Positions 50,678-62,590 are shown, counted from the first letter of the stretch. The stretch is 64,000 bases of DNA from Hemiscyllium ocellatum (GCF_020745735.1 NC_083418.1:62079776-62143775), one strand, 5' to 3'. Made by a program: numbers and translations. The notes: generated by a model not told the origin, from the sequence alone.

Positions 50678-50878
50678 GTTGGGGCACCCTTGTATCCCAT
50701 TGTCACTTCCACAACTGCAGAAACAGAACTTCAGCTTGGGATGAGAAGCTGTCGGTTCATGTCACTACAGGAGCAGTGTCTATACACAGTCATCCAGCAT
50801 CTAATAGATAAAGTTCACATTGACACACTGCCTCTCCCTGCCTACATCAGAGGACAACTTAAAGAATTTTTAAAGTAA
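50678..50878 (+). CDS. SPSB3-like coding exon 4 (SPRY end + SOCS box)
   Basis: Acceptor ccgacag|, phase 0. VGAPLYPIVTSTTA...SLQEQC (BC box)...IDTLPLP (Cul5 box)...TAA. The four exons total 702 nt = 233 aa + stop. AATAAA at 51422. Confidence 0.92.
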   Translation, partial: VGAPLYPIVTSTTAETELQLGMRSCRFMSLQEQCLYTVIQHLIDKVHIDTLPLPAYIRGQLKEFLK

Positions 50879-53048
50879 TCACTGAAGTGGGATGTAATCA
50901 TTTTGGGAAGATTGAAAATAATTTCATGAAGACTATTTAATGTTTTCCATGGATCTGAGTACTTCTGCATCAGGAATCAAAATTATGTATAGCCTCAATA
51001 ATTGTGGAATTGACCAATACGCACTTTTTAAAAAAAAGTCAAGATATTTTTCTTAGTACTTGTGTTTGGATTTGGAGAGGGTCTTTGTGTCAAAAGAAGA
51101 TGCAAAGCAGATGTTGCTGTTGTATTAATGGCAATATCGCTGGTGTTTACATTCATTAACCTGAGGTAGCAATTCCTGGTGTCTGCACACATACTATTAA
51201 AAGCTGTAAGTGATTTATTGCTCTTCCACAGAAAGTGTCTTTGAAGTCCTGGCAGACAGCAATCATTCAAAATCACTGAAACCGATAAGGACTTCCTCTT
51301 TCATGCTATGATATTATTTACTCCCCACCTTAGTTATATCTTAGAAAGGAAATTTAACTTAATTTTTTTAATGGCATCATAAGTCATAACTATTCATTGA
51401 ACAACCTCTCTGGCCCAAGAAAATAAATTTTGTAATGGCGTAATGTCAAATGGTTCATTATGATAAAAATTCCATTGCTTTCTGATATAACATTTTAAAA
51501 ACTTTTGTTCGACATTTCAGCTTCTAATGTGTACACCCCAATCTTTATTTCACTTGCTGTAAATTTTATAAAAAGAATAGAGCTCATCACTTTCAGCTTG
51601 GTTATTGGTAAGAATTCTTCAGTGTGATTGACTGCTTACTCTGCCTGCTGACATCAGCGTTGGTGGATGCCTGGAGAACTCTTCGAATTGACACTGAGTC
51701 ATGTGAATTCAAAGATTGTTCGATCTTTGTGTATAAATTCCAGGTCAACGAGTGCTATCACTTTTCAGTTGACTAGAAATTCAGGGCCAACATGATAAAT
51801 TATGATGAATGGACCTCAGTGTGGTGATGTTTTCAAGTCAAAACATCGTAAGTCTAACAATTAATTAGTATTTAACAACCATCTCTGGAGGGCAATGCGA
51901 TACTTTGAAATACTAAGTTCAAAGTAATATTAAAGGTTTCAAGTACTGGAATGGAAGGATTTAAGTGAAGTTAGAATCTGCAACTGGAAATCAATCTAAT
52001 TTGAGCATTATCCAAGATACTACAGAAATTTTAATTGAAGGAGTAAACTTAGTTGGGATCAGTTTTTAAGGTTAATGTAACATTGTACAGTTTATGTATA
52101 TACTTTTCCAGTATCTGTACTAAAATTAAATATAATCACTCTAGGAATTCTTAATTTTAAATGAGTCTCGATGTCATAATTTAACATCATAAAAACATGG
52201 GAATGCTCAATTCTGTCAGTTTATTTTGCATAACCTGAATGGAACACAAACACTTGTTAGTCTTAACAAGCACAACACTTGAAATTATGGTAAGTTCAGA
52301 CTATTTCTTAATTAACTCTGGTGATCACTTTTGTGTGCTGCTTGTTTCATTCTCAGAATCACATATTTTCCACCCATAATGTTTAAAAGAGTATAAAGAC
52401 ACAAAAGTTAATATCAATTAATGTTTAGTTTTAAGAAAAGTGTGTATGTTTGTATTGTGTAAGAGTTATGCAGCATTCATATGATGGTAACAGAAGCTAA
52501 AAAATGTGGAATCACTTTACCAATGTAATTTCAAAATTATATCCACTTTGCCTGATGTGAAGGGTTTTGAATTGGCATGTCCAAATTTGATTTCAGATTT
52601 CCAGCAGCTGCAATCTTTTGCATTTTTATTTGTGAAGAGTTAGATATCTGCATTTGAGGCAGTCTATGCCCTACAGAGAAATCTTTGTTGCAGTTCATGG
52701 AAAAATGATAAATAACTTGATTGCAAGCAAAATGTTTCTTCATTACTGAAGCATTTCCATTTTTTGTGGTTTCAGTGCACTTGCTATCAGAAATTAGTGC
52801 AGCAATTTTGCAAAACACAAAGTGAATGGAGCCTGAATGGAATTGGACTGAAAGGAAAGTTTATAGGACAGTAAAGCTAAACAAAGTGGAAGAGGCAAAG
52901 ATTAAATGAATTGGAATTCCACTGTCTTATTAGAATGAGCTGCAACCTTTCACTAAACAATATGCGGGTCTTATATGAAAACTGATATACAGTGTTCTCT
53001 CATCTTCTTAAAACATACCATTATTTATGTATCCTTGTATATAAAATA

Positions 53049-54160
53049 CAGAACAACCTCAATTATCTGAATGTGATGGGCGGGGAGTATATTGTTTGGA
53101 TAACTGATTATTTGGATAACTGATCTGATCGTAAACAAAGGAAGCCATACTGAACATGATTACGTAAATAAGCATGTTTACAGAGTTTTATTTCATTTAA
53201 TCAATAAACTATGTACAAACGCTGGATATTGTTTAAAAATTCATGGTAGTTTACAAATAAAATCACTTTTTGGCTAGAGTTTGACTGAAGTCTGTGAAAT
53301 TTTTCACTGACAGTTTCCTCGGTTTTCTCCTGGTCCTCGTCAGCAGCCAGCATCTTTCTGTTCGGTGTTGTCCTGCTCTCCAGATGAACTAAGTGTTGTC
53401 CCTCCCTCCTCAGCGACTGCTGAGCCCTTACAGAGAGCGCGAGATAAGCACAAAATACAGGGCGAACATGAGAGAGAGAGGGAAGATTTTTTCGCTAACT
53501 TCAGTTTCTGTCCTCTCATCAATTTTTTTTGGGGGGTAATGTTTTCCTCGTGTTTCCTCCTGTTTATTTTCATGTGTGCTAACTCACTACGATTTGCTCT
53601 TTTTCGTCAAAATAAAGTTACATTGAATTTTCTTGTCAGCTGAAAGATATTGAATTACTTTTTGGTTGGGAAAAAAAGAATCATCATGGGATCATGGGAG
53701 GAAAAAGCAACAGAAATTAAAAATGCGAGCACATTTATTGACTTAACTCTCTGGAGAATGAGCTGAGGGAAAAAAATTGTTCGGTTTGCAAAACGGAGCA
53801 AGTCAATGTTGAGAGGGAATCTTGCTGTTAGAGCGCACAGCTCGGATTTCACATACGTTGTTCTTGTGTGTTCACAGTCACAAACGTTTGTTCTTAGGGA
53901 GAATAAGTTTCGATTTTTTTTAATGTAATAAGTGTCAGACTTAACTCCAAGGTCACGTCTCAAGTATATATTTGAAGTTAATTATTTATTAAAGCATACT
54001 TGCATCTATATTCCTGTTCAAATTTACAAAATGATGCATTAAATGGATGAGTTCTAGAATTTTCCTACTTCAATTAAAATGCACGTACGGGGAACTTAAG
54101 ATCTTGTTTGGATAATTCGAAATTCGGATAATTGATATTTGGATAATCAAGGTTGTTCTA
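53049..54160. mobile_element. Tigger/pogo-like non-autonomous DNA transposon (about 1.1 kb)
   Basis: TA|cagaacaacctcaattatc ... gataatcaaggttgttct TIRs; subterminal ggataa repeats at both ends; no transposase ORF seen. Confidence 0.75.
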
Positions 54161-54974
54161 ATCAGTGAAATGTGCAAGATCTTAGCAAAAAGAAGCATAG
54201 GTCATTTTAAATGGGCATTTCAAGAGCCAATAAAATGTGGAGCTGGAAAAAGCACAGCAAGTCAAGCAGCATCAGAGGAGCAGAAGCGTCAACGTTTCAA
54301 GTGGGACCCTTCATCAGGACTTTTGAAAGGGCATTTCAGGAGGACATTCTGAAATGCATTTTAGTATTTCTGAGTGTTAATGTTGGCCAGAGGAATGTAA
54401 TGCTTGGTAATGCAGGTGTTTCTTATTATAGAAAATGTTCCTCAGATGTATAAATGATAATAAACTTAATATTAAACCTTCTAGTGGTTACAGTTGGATC
54501 ATCTTGTTTTTCAAAGATATGATTTTAACCGGATGGAAGTTTATTTCTCATGTAAATTTAAATGGTTATGTTTGTGGAAAGATATTCCAAAGCAATGCTG
54601 AGCAACAGAAAATTGTTTATGCATTTGTACTTTAATTTAAAACTGAAGCACTCTACAAAACATGAATGCTATAATAGGCTTAGAAGACAAAGCAACTAAT
54701 CCAGCTTTGACAAAGGGTCAGTTAGACTTGAAACGTCAGCTCTTTTCTCTTCTTACAGATGCTGCCAGACCTGCTGAGATTTTACAGCATTTTCTCTCTT
54801 TGGGTTGGTGAAAGCAACTAATCTGTTCTCTCCATGTATAACACACTTCAGTAATTAGTTTGTCTCAATTTTTAACTTCAAAACAGCAGTCTTGTAGTCA
54901 GGATCTTGATCATGACAAGCCAGAGCTTGTCAGAATACAGGATATACAGGATACAGGAAACACAGATTTTAAAA

Positions 54975-55430
54975 AAAATTGATGCCACAACCAAATGATC
55001 AGATCTAAGCTCTGCAGTCTTGCCACTTCCAGTCATGAATGATGGCACATTGTTAAACAATTCACCAGAGGAGGGTCCACGAGTATCCCCATCCTCAATG
55101 ATGGGGGAGCCCAACCCATCATTACAAAAGGCAAGGTTGAAGCATTTGCACCCATCCATCTTCAGGCAGAACTGTCAAATGGGTGATCTAACCTGATCTC
55201 CTTCGGTGATCCCCAGGATCACATTTGCCAGACTTCATCCAATTTCCTCCACTTTTAAGTAATATCAAGAAACAACTGAAGGCACTGGATCCAGCAAAGG
55301 CTGTAGACCCTGACAATGCTCTGGCAATGATACTGAAGATTTGTGTTCCAGAATTAGCCACAGCCCCAGCCAAGCTGATCCAATTCAGCTCCAACAATGG
55401 CACCTATGCAGCAACGTGGAGAATTGGAGA
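54975..55430 (+). mobile_element. L2/CR1-group LINE ORF2 fragment
   Basis: IKKQLKALDPAKAVDPDN...LKICVPELA.APAKL.Q.S...GTY...W. Confidence 0.75.
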
Positions 55431-55559
55431 CAAAAATAGAAATTGCTGGAAAAGCTCAGCAAGTCTGGCAGCATCTCTGGAGAGAAAATCCAGGTTAATG
55501 TTTTGGGCTGAGTGACCTTTTTTCAGAACTTCTTATGGCGACAGTAACATTCATCGTAA

Positions 55560-56330
55560 GCTGCAGCTCATATTAGCGCAGTGAATTGCATTACCAATGC
55601 AGGAATCAGGGGAAATGGAAATGATAAACGACTGTCTTTCAGGTTGGAGGAAGGTTTGTCATGGAGATCTCCAGTGGTTGCTATTTGGGACCCTTGCTTT
55701 TCCTGATTAATATTAATGTCCTGGATTAGGGGACAATTTTCAAGTTTACATAACAAGTTGGTGGAATAGTCCCTGATAGGTAGCAAATGAGATTCAATGC
55801 AGAGAATTGCGAGATGATGCATTTTGTTCAAAAGAAGACTAAAAGACAATATAACATAGGGGATTCAATTTTAAATGGTGTGCAGGAGCAGAGGGTTCTG
55901 GGTATACACATGCGTAGATCATTGAAAGAGAGCAATAGATAAAACGTGAAGTTCTTAGCTTTATTAATAGAGTCCATGGGCAGGGAGGTGATGTTGAACA
56001 TGTACAGGACAGTTGTTAAGATCTCAGTTGGAGTATTGTGTACAGTTGTTACTGCTATATTACAGGAAAGATGCAAAGGCATTGGAGAGAGTGCATAAGT
56101 GATTAATTACAATGGTTCCAGCTATGAGGATAGATTGAGGAAGGTGGGGCTTTTCTGCTTTCTCTTTTTTTCAGAATGAAGTCTGAAAGGAGACCTGATT
56201 GAGTTTTTCATTCATGTGCGAAATGGGCAGGAATCGATAGGGTGAAGCTGTTTCCGCTTGTAAAAGAAACACGAACAAGTGATCTGTAAATGAAGCAAGG
56301 GTGGTGTGCTCACCAACCTTTTCACACAGC
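55560..56330 (+). mobile_element. Old CR1 fragment
   Basis: Remnants of LGPLLFLI.IN and ALERV...F.RM motifs. Confidence 0.7.
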
Positions 56331-56339
56331 AAATTGAGT

Positions 56340-56915
56340 GGCACAGTGGTATATAGGTTAGCACCGTTGTCTCGCAGCAGCAAGGACCTGAGTTTAATTC
56401 CAGCTTTGGGTGACTGTCTCTATGGTTCAAAGTTTGTGAGAAGATTTGTAGCTTGGGTGCTCGTTGTTGTGGTTCTGTTCGCCGAGCTGGGAGTTTTTGT
56501 TGCAAACATTTCGTCCACTTTCAGTGCTTGGGAGCCTCCTGTGAAGCGCTTCTGTGATGTTTCCTTCGGCATTTATAGTGGCTTGTCTCTGCCGCTTCCG
56601 GTTGTCAGTTGCTGTCCGCTGCAGTGGCTGGTATATTGGGTCCAGGTCGATGTGTTTGTTGATAGAATCTGTGGATGAGTGTCATGTCTCTATGGTACTT
56701 GCATGTTCTCCCCATGTCTGCATAGTTTTCCTCCAGGTGCTCTGGTTTCCAACCATAGTCTGAACATGTGCAGGTTATGCAGACAAACCATGCTAAATTC
56801 ACTGGTAGTGTCCCGGATTGTGCAGGTTAGGTGAATTAGCCGTAGTAAATGCAGGGTTATGGAGAGGGTCAGTGCAGATTCGATGGGCTAAATGGCCTTT
56901 TTCTACACAATAGGG
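56340..56915 (+). mobile_element. HE1-like SINE interrupted by a Poseidon-type PLE 3' end (-, 56427-56684; 12-bp TSD TGTCTCTATGGT)
   Basis: TSD at 56415-56426 and 56685-56696; insert minus strand reads HSSTDSINKHIDLDPIYQPL. Confidence 0.8.
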
Positions 56916-56924
56916 ATGCATGAT

Positions 56925-58245
56925 GTGGAGATGCCAGTGTTGGATTGGGTTGGACAAAGGTAAAGCACCAAGTTATGGTCCAACAGGTTTATTTGGAAGC
57001 ACTAGCTTCTCAGACCGCTAGTGGAGCAGGATCATAAGATACAGAATTTATAGCGAAAGATTACAGTGTCCTACAGCTGAAATGATATGTTGAACAAACC
57101 TAGATTGCTGTTAAGTCTTTCGCCATTTAGAATGGGCTGCAGGTTTCAGTTCATTAATATGTAAATTGCAGGACTTCTTTTAAGTCACATTTTCAAGCTA
57201 ACTTAAAGTTTTATAAAAAGAGGTGACATCTCAGCTCATAAATGTGTTAAAGCTGTGAGGTTAGAGTCTGTCAGTATCCCAATCTTTAGTCAGACTGGTT
57301 CAATTTCCAAAGTGGGAATATATAAAATGTTATATGGATTGACAGCCTGTATTGACTGTCTGCAGATTGTGCATGAGAGAGAGTGTGTGTGTGTGTTCAT
57401 GTGAGTGAGTGAGTGCGTGTTTGCATGTGTGCATGCTTGGTAAAGTGTGTGTGTGAGTGTGATGGAGTATAAGCCTGTGAGAGGGTGTGAGATGTATGTG
57501 TGTGTGTGTATGAGAGAGGGTTTGCATGAGTGTGCGACTATATGTGTGAGACAGAGAGAGAGTAGTGGGGACACCTGTCGTGTGACATGAACCCAAGGGC
57601 CCAGTTGAGGTCGTTCTCAGGATTCCGAACTTGGCTGTCAGCCTCTGCTCGGTCACTCTGCGTTATTGTGTATCTTGAAGCTTGTCTTGGAGGATGGGCA
57701 CCCGAAAGTCCGAGGTCAAATGTCCCTAACCGCTGAAGTGTTCCTCGAGTTGAAGGAAACATCCCTGTCTAGCGATTGTTGCATGGTATCCATTCATCTG
57801 TTGTCATAGTGTCTGCCTGGTCTCACTAATGTAGCATGTCTCGAGGCATCCTTGCCTGCAAGGATAGACAACATTGGCCAAGGCACAGGAATACCTGCTG
57901 GTGGGTGGTGTCCCTACATGTAATGGTGGTATCCATGTTGACACTCTGACACGTCTTGCAGTGGTTGCTATGACAGGGTTGTATGGAGTTGTGGTTGATG
58001 TTGGCCTGAAGGCGGCTAACAATGGTCTATTTAAAGTTTGGTGGTTGTTTAAAGGAGTGGAAGCGTAGGGAAGGCCTTGGTGAGGTGCTCATCCTCATTG
58101 ATAATGTGTCACAGGCTGCAAAGAACATGGCATAGTTTCTCCACTCCCGGGATGTACTGGACAATGAAGGGTATCCTATCCCATGGGCATCCCATGGCTG
58201 TCTCCTGAGGAGGCCATTACGGTTTCTCACCATGGCATGTTAGAA
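56925..58245 (-). mobile_element. PLE family 2 (GIY-YIG region + 3' UTR with (CA)n-like tract)
   Basis: YSC..ANVVY.C...C....YISETRQTL and EQRLTAKFG; terminus matches 2326-2440. Confidence 0.85.
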
Positions 58246-58261
58246 CTAGAGATCGATGAGT

Positions 58262-59915
58262 TGAAGAGAAAGTGAGGACTGCAAATGCTGGAGTTCAGAG
58301 TCGAAAAATGTGGTGCTAGAAAAGCACAGCTGGTCAGGCAGCATCCAAGGAGCAGGAGATTCGACTTTTCAGGCATAAGCCCTTCATTGGTAATGAGGCT
58401 CGTAGCCCAAGGGGGCTGGGCTGAGATAAATGGGAGGGGGTGGGGGTGGAGCTGGGGAAAGTAGCTGGGAATGCAATAGGTAGATGAAGGTGGGGGTGAA
58501 GGTCGTAGGCCAGAGAGGAGGGTGGAACGGATAGGTGAGAAGAAAGATGGATAGGCAGGACTGTTCAAGAGGGTGATGTCAAGTTGGATCTGGGATAAGG
58601 TGGGTGGAGGGGAAATAAATAAGCTTGTGAAATCCACATTGATCCCATGTGGTTGGAGGCAACAAAGGCGTCGGGTAGTTAGAGTTTGGCGATGGAGGAG
58701 GCTGAGGACTTGCATGTCACTGGTGGTGTGGGAGCGGGAGTTAAAGTGTTCAGCCACAGGGGTTTGTTTGGTGTTTCCTATAAATGTTCTCTAAAACGGT
58801 GTGCAAGTTGGCGTCCTGTCTCCCCAATGTAGAGTAGACCACATTGAGAGCAGTGGATAAAGTAGATAACATCTGCGGAAGTAGATCAGATTCCCACCCT
58901 AACTGGGATAAAGATTATATACTGTAATCTTTATTCCAACACTGATCCACCAAAGAGTAACCCACCCAGACCCATTCCCCTACATTTACCCTGAACACAC
59001 TGGACAATTTAGCATGGCCAATTCACCTGACCTGCACATTTTGGATTATGGGAGGAAACCGGAGCACCCAGAGGAAACCCATGCAGACACAGGGAGAATG
59101 TGCAAACTCCACGTAGTCAGTCACCTGAGGCGGGAATTGAACCCAGGTCCCTGGCGTTGTGGGCAGCAGTGCTAACCACTGAGCCACCATGCTACCCCCA
59201 ATAGAAATGTATGAAACTTGGTTTGCACATTAACAATTGGAATCATCCCACCCAGATCCACCCCCATAACCCTACACTTACCATGGCCAATCCATGTAAC
59301 CTGCACATCTTTGGACCATGGGAGAAAACCAGAGTACTCAGGGAAAACCGACGTTGACACAGGGGAAATGTTCAACTCCACACAGAGTCACCCAAGGCTG
59401 GAATTGAACATTGATTCCTGGTGCTGTGAGGCAGCAGTGCTAACCACTGAGCCTCCGTGCTGCCCTGTAGTCAGGGTAAATCTCTGTTGGATGCAAAAGG
59501 GTCCTTTGGGATCTTGGATGGAGGTAAGGGGATAGGTATTAGTGCAGGTTTTGCATCTTATGATGGCAGAGGAAGGTGCCGGGAGTGGAAGATGGGTTTG
59601 TGAGGGGCGTGGACCCAACAAGAGAGTTGTGGACAGAATGGCCTTTCCGGAATGCAGATAGAGATGGGGAGAGAAATATATCCCTGGTTGTGTGGTCCGT
59701 TTGTAGGTGGCGGAGGATGATGCAATGTATCTGGAGGTTAGTGGGGTGGAAGGTGAGAACCAGGAGGGCTTTGTCTTTGTTACCATTGGAGGGGTGGGAT
59801 TTAATGGGCAGAAGTGCAGGAAGTGGAGGAGATGAGTTGAGCATCAAACCCTGTTTTTATGGCGGGTCCTTGAACACCTTCAGGTGTCTTTTACGTTCCT
59901 CCTCATCTGAACAGA
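58262..59915 (-). mobile_element. PLE family 1 copy interrupted by two HE1 SINEs (about 58950-59197 and 59245-59465, both -)
   Basis: AEHFNSRSH...QPHGINVDF and VLTFHPTNL...RDIF.SP.LSAFRK; SINE consensus in between. Confidence 0.82.
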
Positions 59916-60235
59916 TTCAATGTTAATGACATGGTCAGAAATGTGTCGGGTGCAGGTTCAGTTGAAGATTATTTGGATAGGAATGATCTTCAGGGAAATG
60001 GGGAAAAGCAGAGGCTGGCACAAGGTAATAAGTTAGACCGAATAATAGGGCTAGTGCAGCCACGATGGGCCAAATGGCTTCCTTTTGCAACTTAACAGTT
60101 TCATTAAGAGACTTTTTTTAAAATTTGACATCAGCAGTCGTTTGTGTTTTCTTTTTCAGGTGATCAGTATCTACAATCCCTGACCTTGGAGAAATAAATA
60201 AGGACATCCCTACTGCCAGGAGGAACCAAAGTGAG

Positions 60236-60331
60236 GTGCCTGGGATGAGGGGGGGAGCGGCTCGGGGGACGGACCGGAAGTCGCGGAGGGTGCTTATGGG
60301 GGACGTGAAGGATAGGAAGTGGCCGTTAGTA
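60236..60331 (+). promoter_or_regulatory. PTPMT1 CpG promoter/5' UTR with ETS (GABP-type) site
   Basis: CCGGAAGT at 60274-60281, GGAAGT at about 60315, CpG-rich; typical of nuclear-encoded mitochondrial gene promoters. Confidence 0.6.
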
Positions 60332-60478
60332 ATGGAGGCGTTGTTCGCGCGTGCAGTTTTCTTCCCGAGTCTGGGTTATAACATCTTCATGTCGAAGGTG
60401 TGGGGCCGGCATTGGTATGACCGCATCGATCGGACTGTCATCATCGGGGCGCTACCTTTCCGCTCACTCACCGATGAG
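60332..60478 (+). CDS. PTPMT1: Phosphatidylglycerophosphatase / mitochondrial PTP, exon 1
   Basis: MEALFARAVFFPSLGYN...WYDRIDRTVIIGALPFRSLTDE matches PTPMT1 ARVLFYPTLLY...WYHRIDPTVLLGALP.RS. Donor GAG|GTACGG, phase 0. Confidence 0.93.
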
Positions 60479-60520
60479 GTACGGGGGTGGGGGAAGAGAG
60501 AGAATGGAGAATGGAGCCTG

Positions 60521-60700
60521 GGGGCGGGGCCCGGAGTCAGCTCGCGTTCAGGGGCGGGGCCCGGAGTCAGCCCACGTTCAGGGGCGGGGCCCGGAGTCAG
60601 CCCACGTTTCAAGGGCGGGAGGGCGGGGCCCGGAGTCAGCCCACGTTCAGGGGCGGGGCCCAGAGTCAGCCCACGTTCAAGCGCGGGGGGGGCGGGACCT
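60521..60700. repeat. About 30-bp GC-box tandem repeat (about 5 copies) at the start of PTPMT1 intron 1
   Basis: Unit ggggcggggcccggagtcagcccacgttca at 60521, 60551, 60581, about 60620 and 60650. Confidence 0.93.
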
Positions 60701-60754
60701 CACATGAGTGGGCGGGGTCTGTATGAAGGGGCGAGGCGGGGTTGCATGAGGTTG

Positions 60755-61125
60755 GCCAACGCGGGTGGAAGAACAGCAAACCAGGCAGCATCGGGTGGTG
60801 GAGAAGTCAATGTTTTGGGTATTAACCCTTCGTCAGGACTAGATATGGGGGTAATGGGAGCTGCAGATACAGTGAGGAGGAGAGGAGAGTATTAGGATGG
60901 TGAGGTAGTGATAGGTGGATAAAGGTAGTGGGTAAGACCTGGTTGGTTGATGGAAGAAAGGCTCAGTAGTTAGAATAGAAGGGATGAAATGGGGTTGGGA
61001 AGGGACCATGGGATGGGTGGGAAGGTTATTTGAAATTATGGAGCTCAGTGTTAAGTCCTTTGGGCTGTAGCCTGCCCAGGCAGAAGATCAGGTGTCGTTC
61101 TTCCAACTTGCAGACTGATTTGTTG
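60755..61125 (-). mobile_element. Old PLE 3' fragment
   Basis: KLEERHLIFCLGRLQPKGLN.E..NF; degenerate hammerhead at about 60803-60840. Confidence 0.75.
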
Positions 61126-62129
61126 TGTGTGTGAAGATGTTGACTGATGTTTCCGATGATGCCAATGGACCATAACTGTGGGTGGCTCTTTGCTTTGTTT
61201 TGAGCAGGATGTTTATTAAGCTCCTCTTGTGATGCAGTGTCCATGTCCCTACTTCTACATCTGTAGACCTGAGTTCAGGTCCTAATTTCTCCAGAGTGGT
61301 GTGTGATGCTGTCTCTGACCAAGCTGATTAGACAATATACTTTAAATTAAATTAAACTCATGCAAAGGTGAGAGAAGCTAAAGTTGTACCAAATGTAGTT
61401 GGGGTTTTAAAGTCTACAATTCTTTTGCCACTTGTGCTGATTTTGGGCTGCATTTGCCCCAAGATCCAGCAGAACCAATGTCGAAGCTCCTGCTTTACAT
61501 GGATCATCTGTGTACAATCTTTAACCATCAGAAAGGAATTGCACCATTTTATTGCTTGGTTCAACAAATTCTTGTGAAGGTTTTGTCAAGATGTGCTTAG
61601 GATGATGAAGAATCACATACTGGCTTCCCAAGGGTAGGCTACTGTTAGCTGTGCATTGGATTTCTCGAGTCAGTAATATTATCCCAGTACCTTTTTAAAA
61701 TATTTTACTTTGTGATTCACCATATTATTAAAAATTAATACTGACCTTTTCTTCCAAAATAATTTCAAAGTAGTAAGATAGTCTTTGTCACAGTCACTTC
61801 TAGGAAATTTTCAATCCCTTGTGATTGAAGAAGTTATCCTGTAATAATTTTAACATGTTAATGTAAGTTTTTTTTGTTTTTAAAGTTACACTGATTGTCC
61901 ACATTTCACATGATGAAGTCATTATAATAGTATCCTCTCATTCCTGGTGTCAATCTAATTTGCATTTTACTTCATGGATCAAATGTCCTTTCTACAATGG
62001 AGTTCTCAATCACATTCAACTCTGTTGTTATTAACTCTCTAAGTTAATGCTTTCTTCTATTTTATTGTAATGCATCATCCTTGAAACGTTGACATTAATG
62101 ATTGGAAGGAGCTTGCTACTCAGTGACTC

Positions 62130-62590
62130 AAACTGGAGAGGGTACAGAGAGATTCACCAGGATGTTGCCTGAGATGGAACAGTTGACCTACAAGGAGAGA
62201 TTAGATGGGCTTGGATTGTTTCCTTTGGAGCAGACAAGGCTGAGGAGGGATGTGATTGAAGTGTATAAGATTGAGGGATATAGATAAGGTGAATAGGAAG
62301 CAGCTGCTCCCCTTGGGCCTCAGTTATGAAGGGTGCAGCTTTATGATAAGGGTCAGGAGATTCAGAGGAGATTTGAGAAAAAACGTTTTCACTCAGAATG
62401 GTGGGAATCTGGAATGTAATGCCTGGGAAGGTAGTGGAGGACAGAAACTTACAATCTTTAAAAAATATTTGGATGCGCACTTGAACATTAAGGGCATGGG
62501 ACAAGTACAAGAAATTGAGATTACTGCATATTTTTAGTAGTGGTTATTGGTGCAGACTTGATGGGCTGAAGGGCATCTTCTGCACTCTGA
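62130..62590 (+). mobile_element. CR1 3' fragment
   Basis: RFTRMLP....L.YKERL..LGLF.LEQ.RLR.DVIEVYKI. Confidence 0.85.

Noticed and set aside
60236-60895. 219-aa single-exon protein with GAGPGVSPRS repeats
   Set aside because: Only 60332-60478 matches PTPMT1; the remainder is read-through into the intron-1 VNTR past a good donor site.
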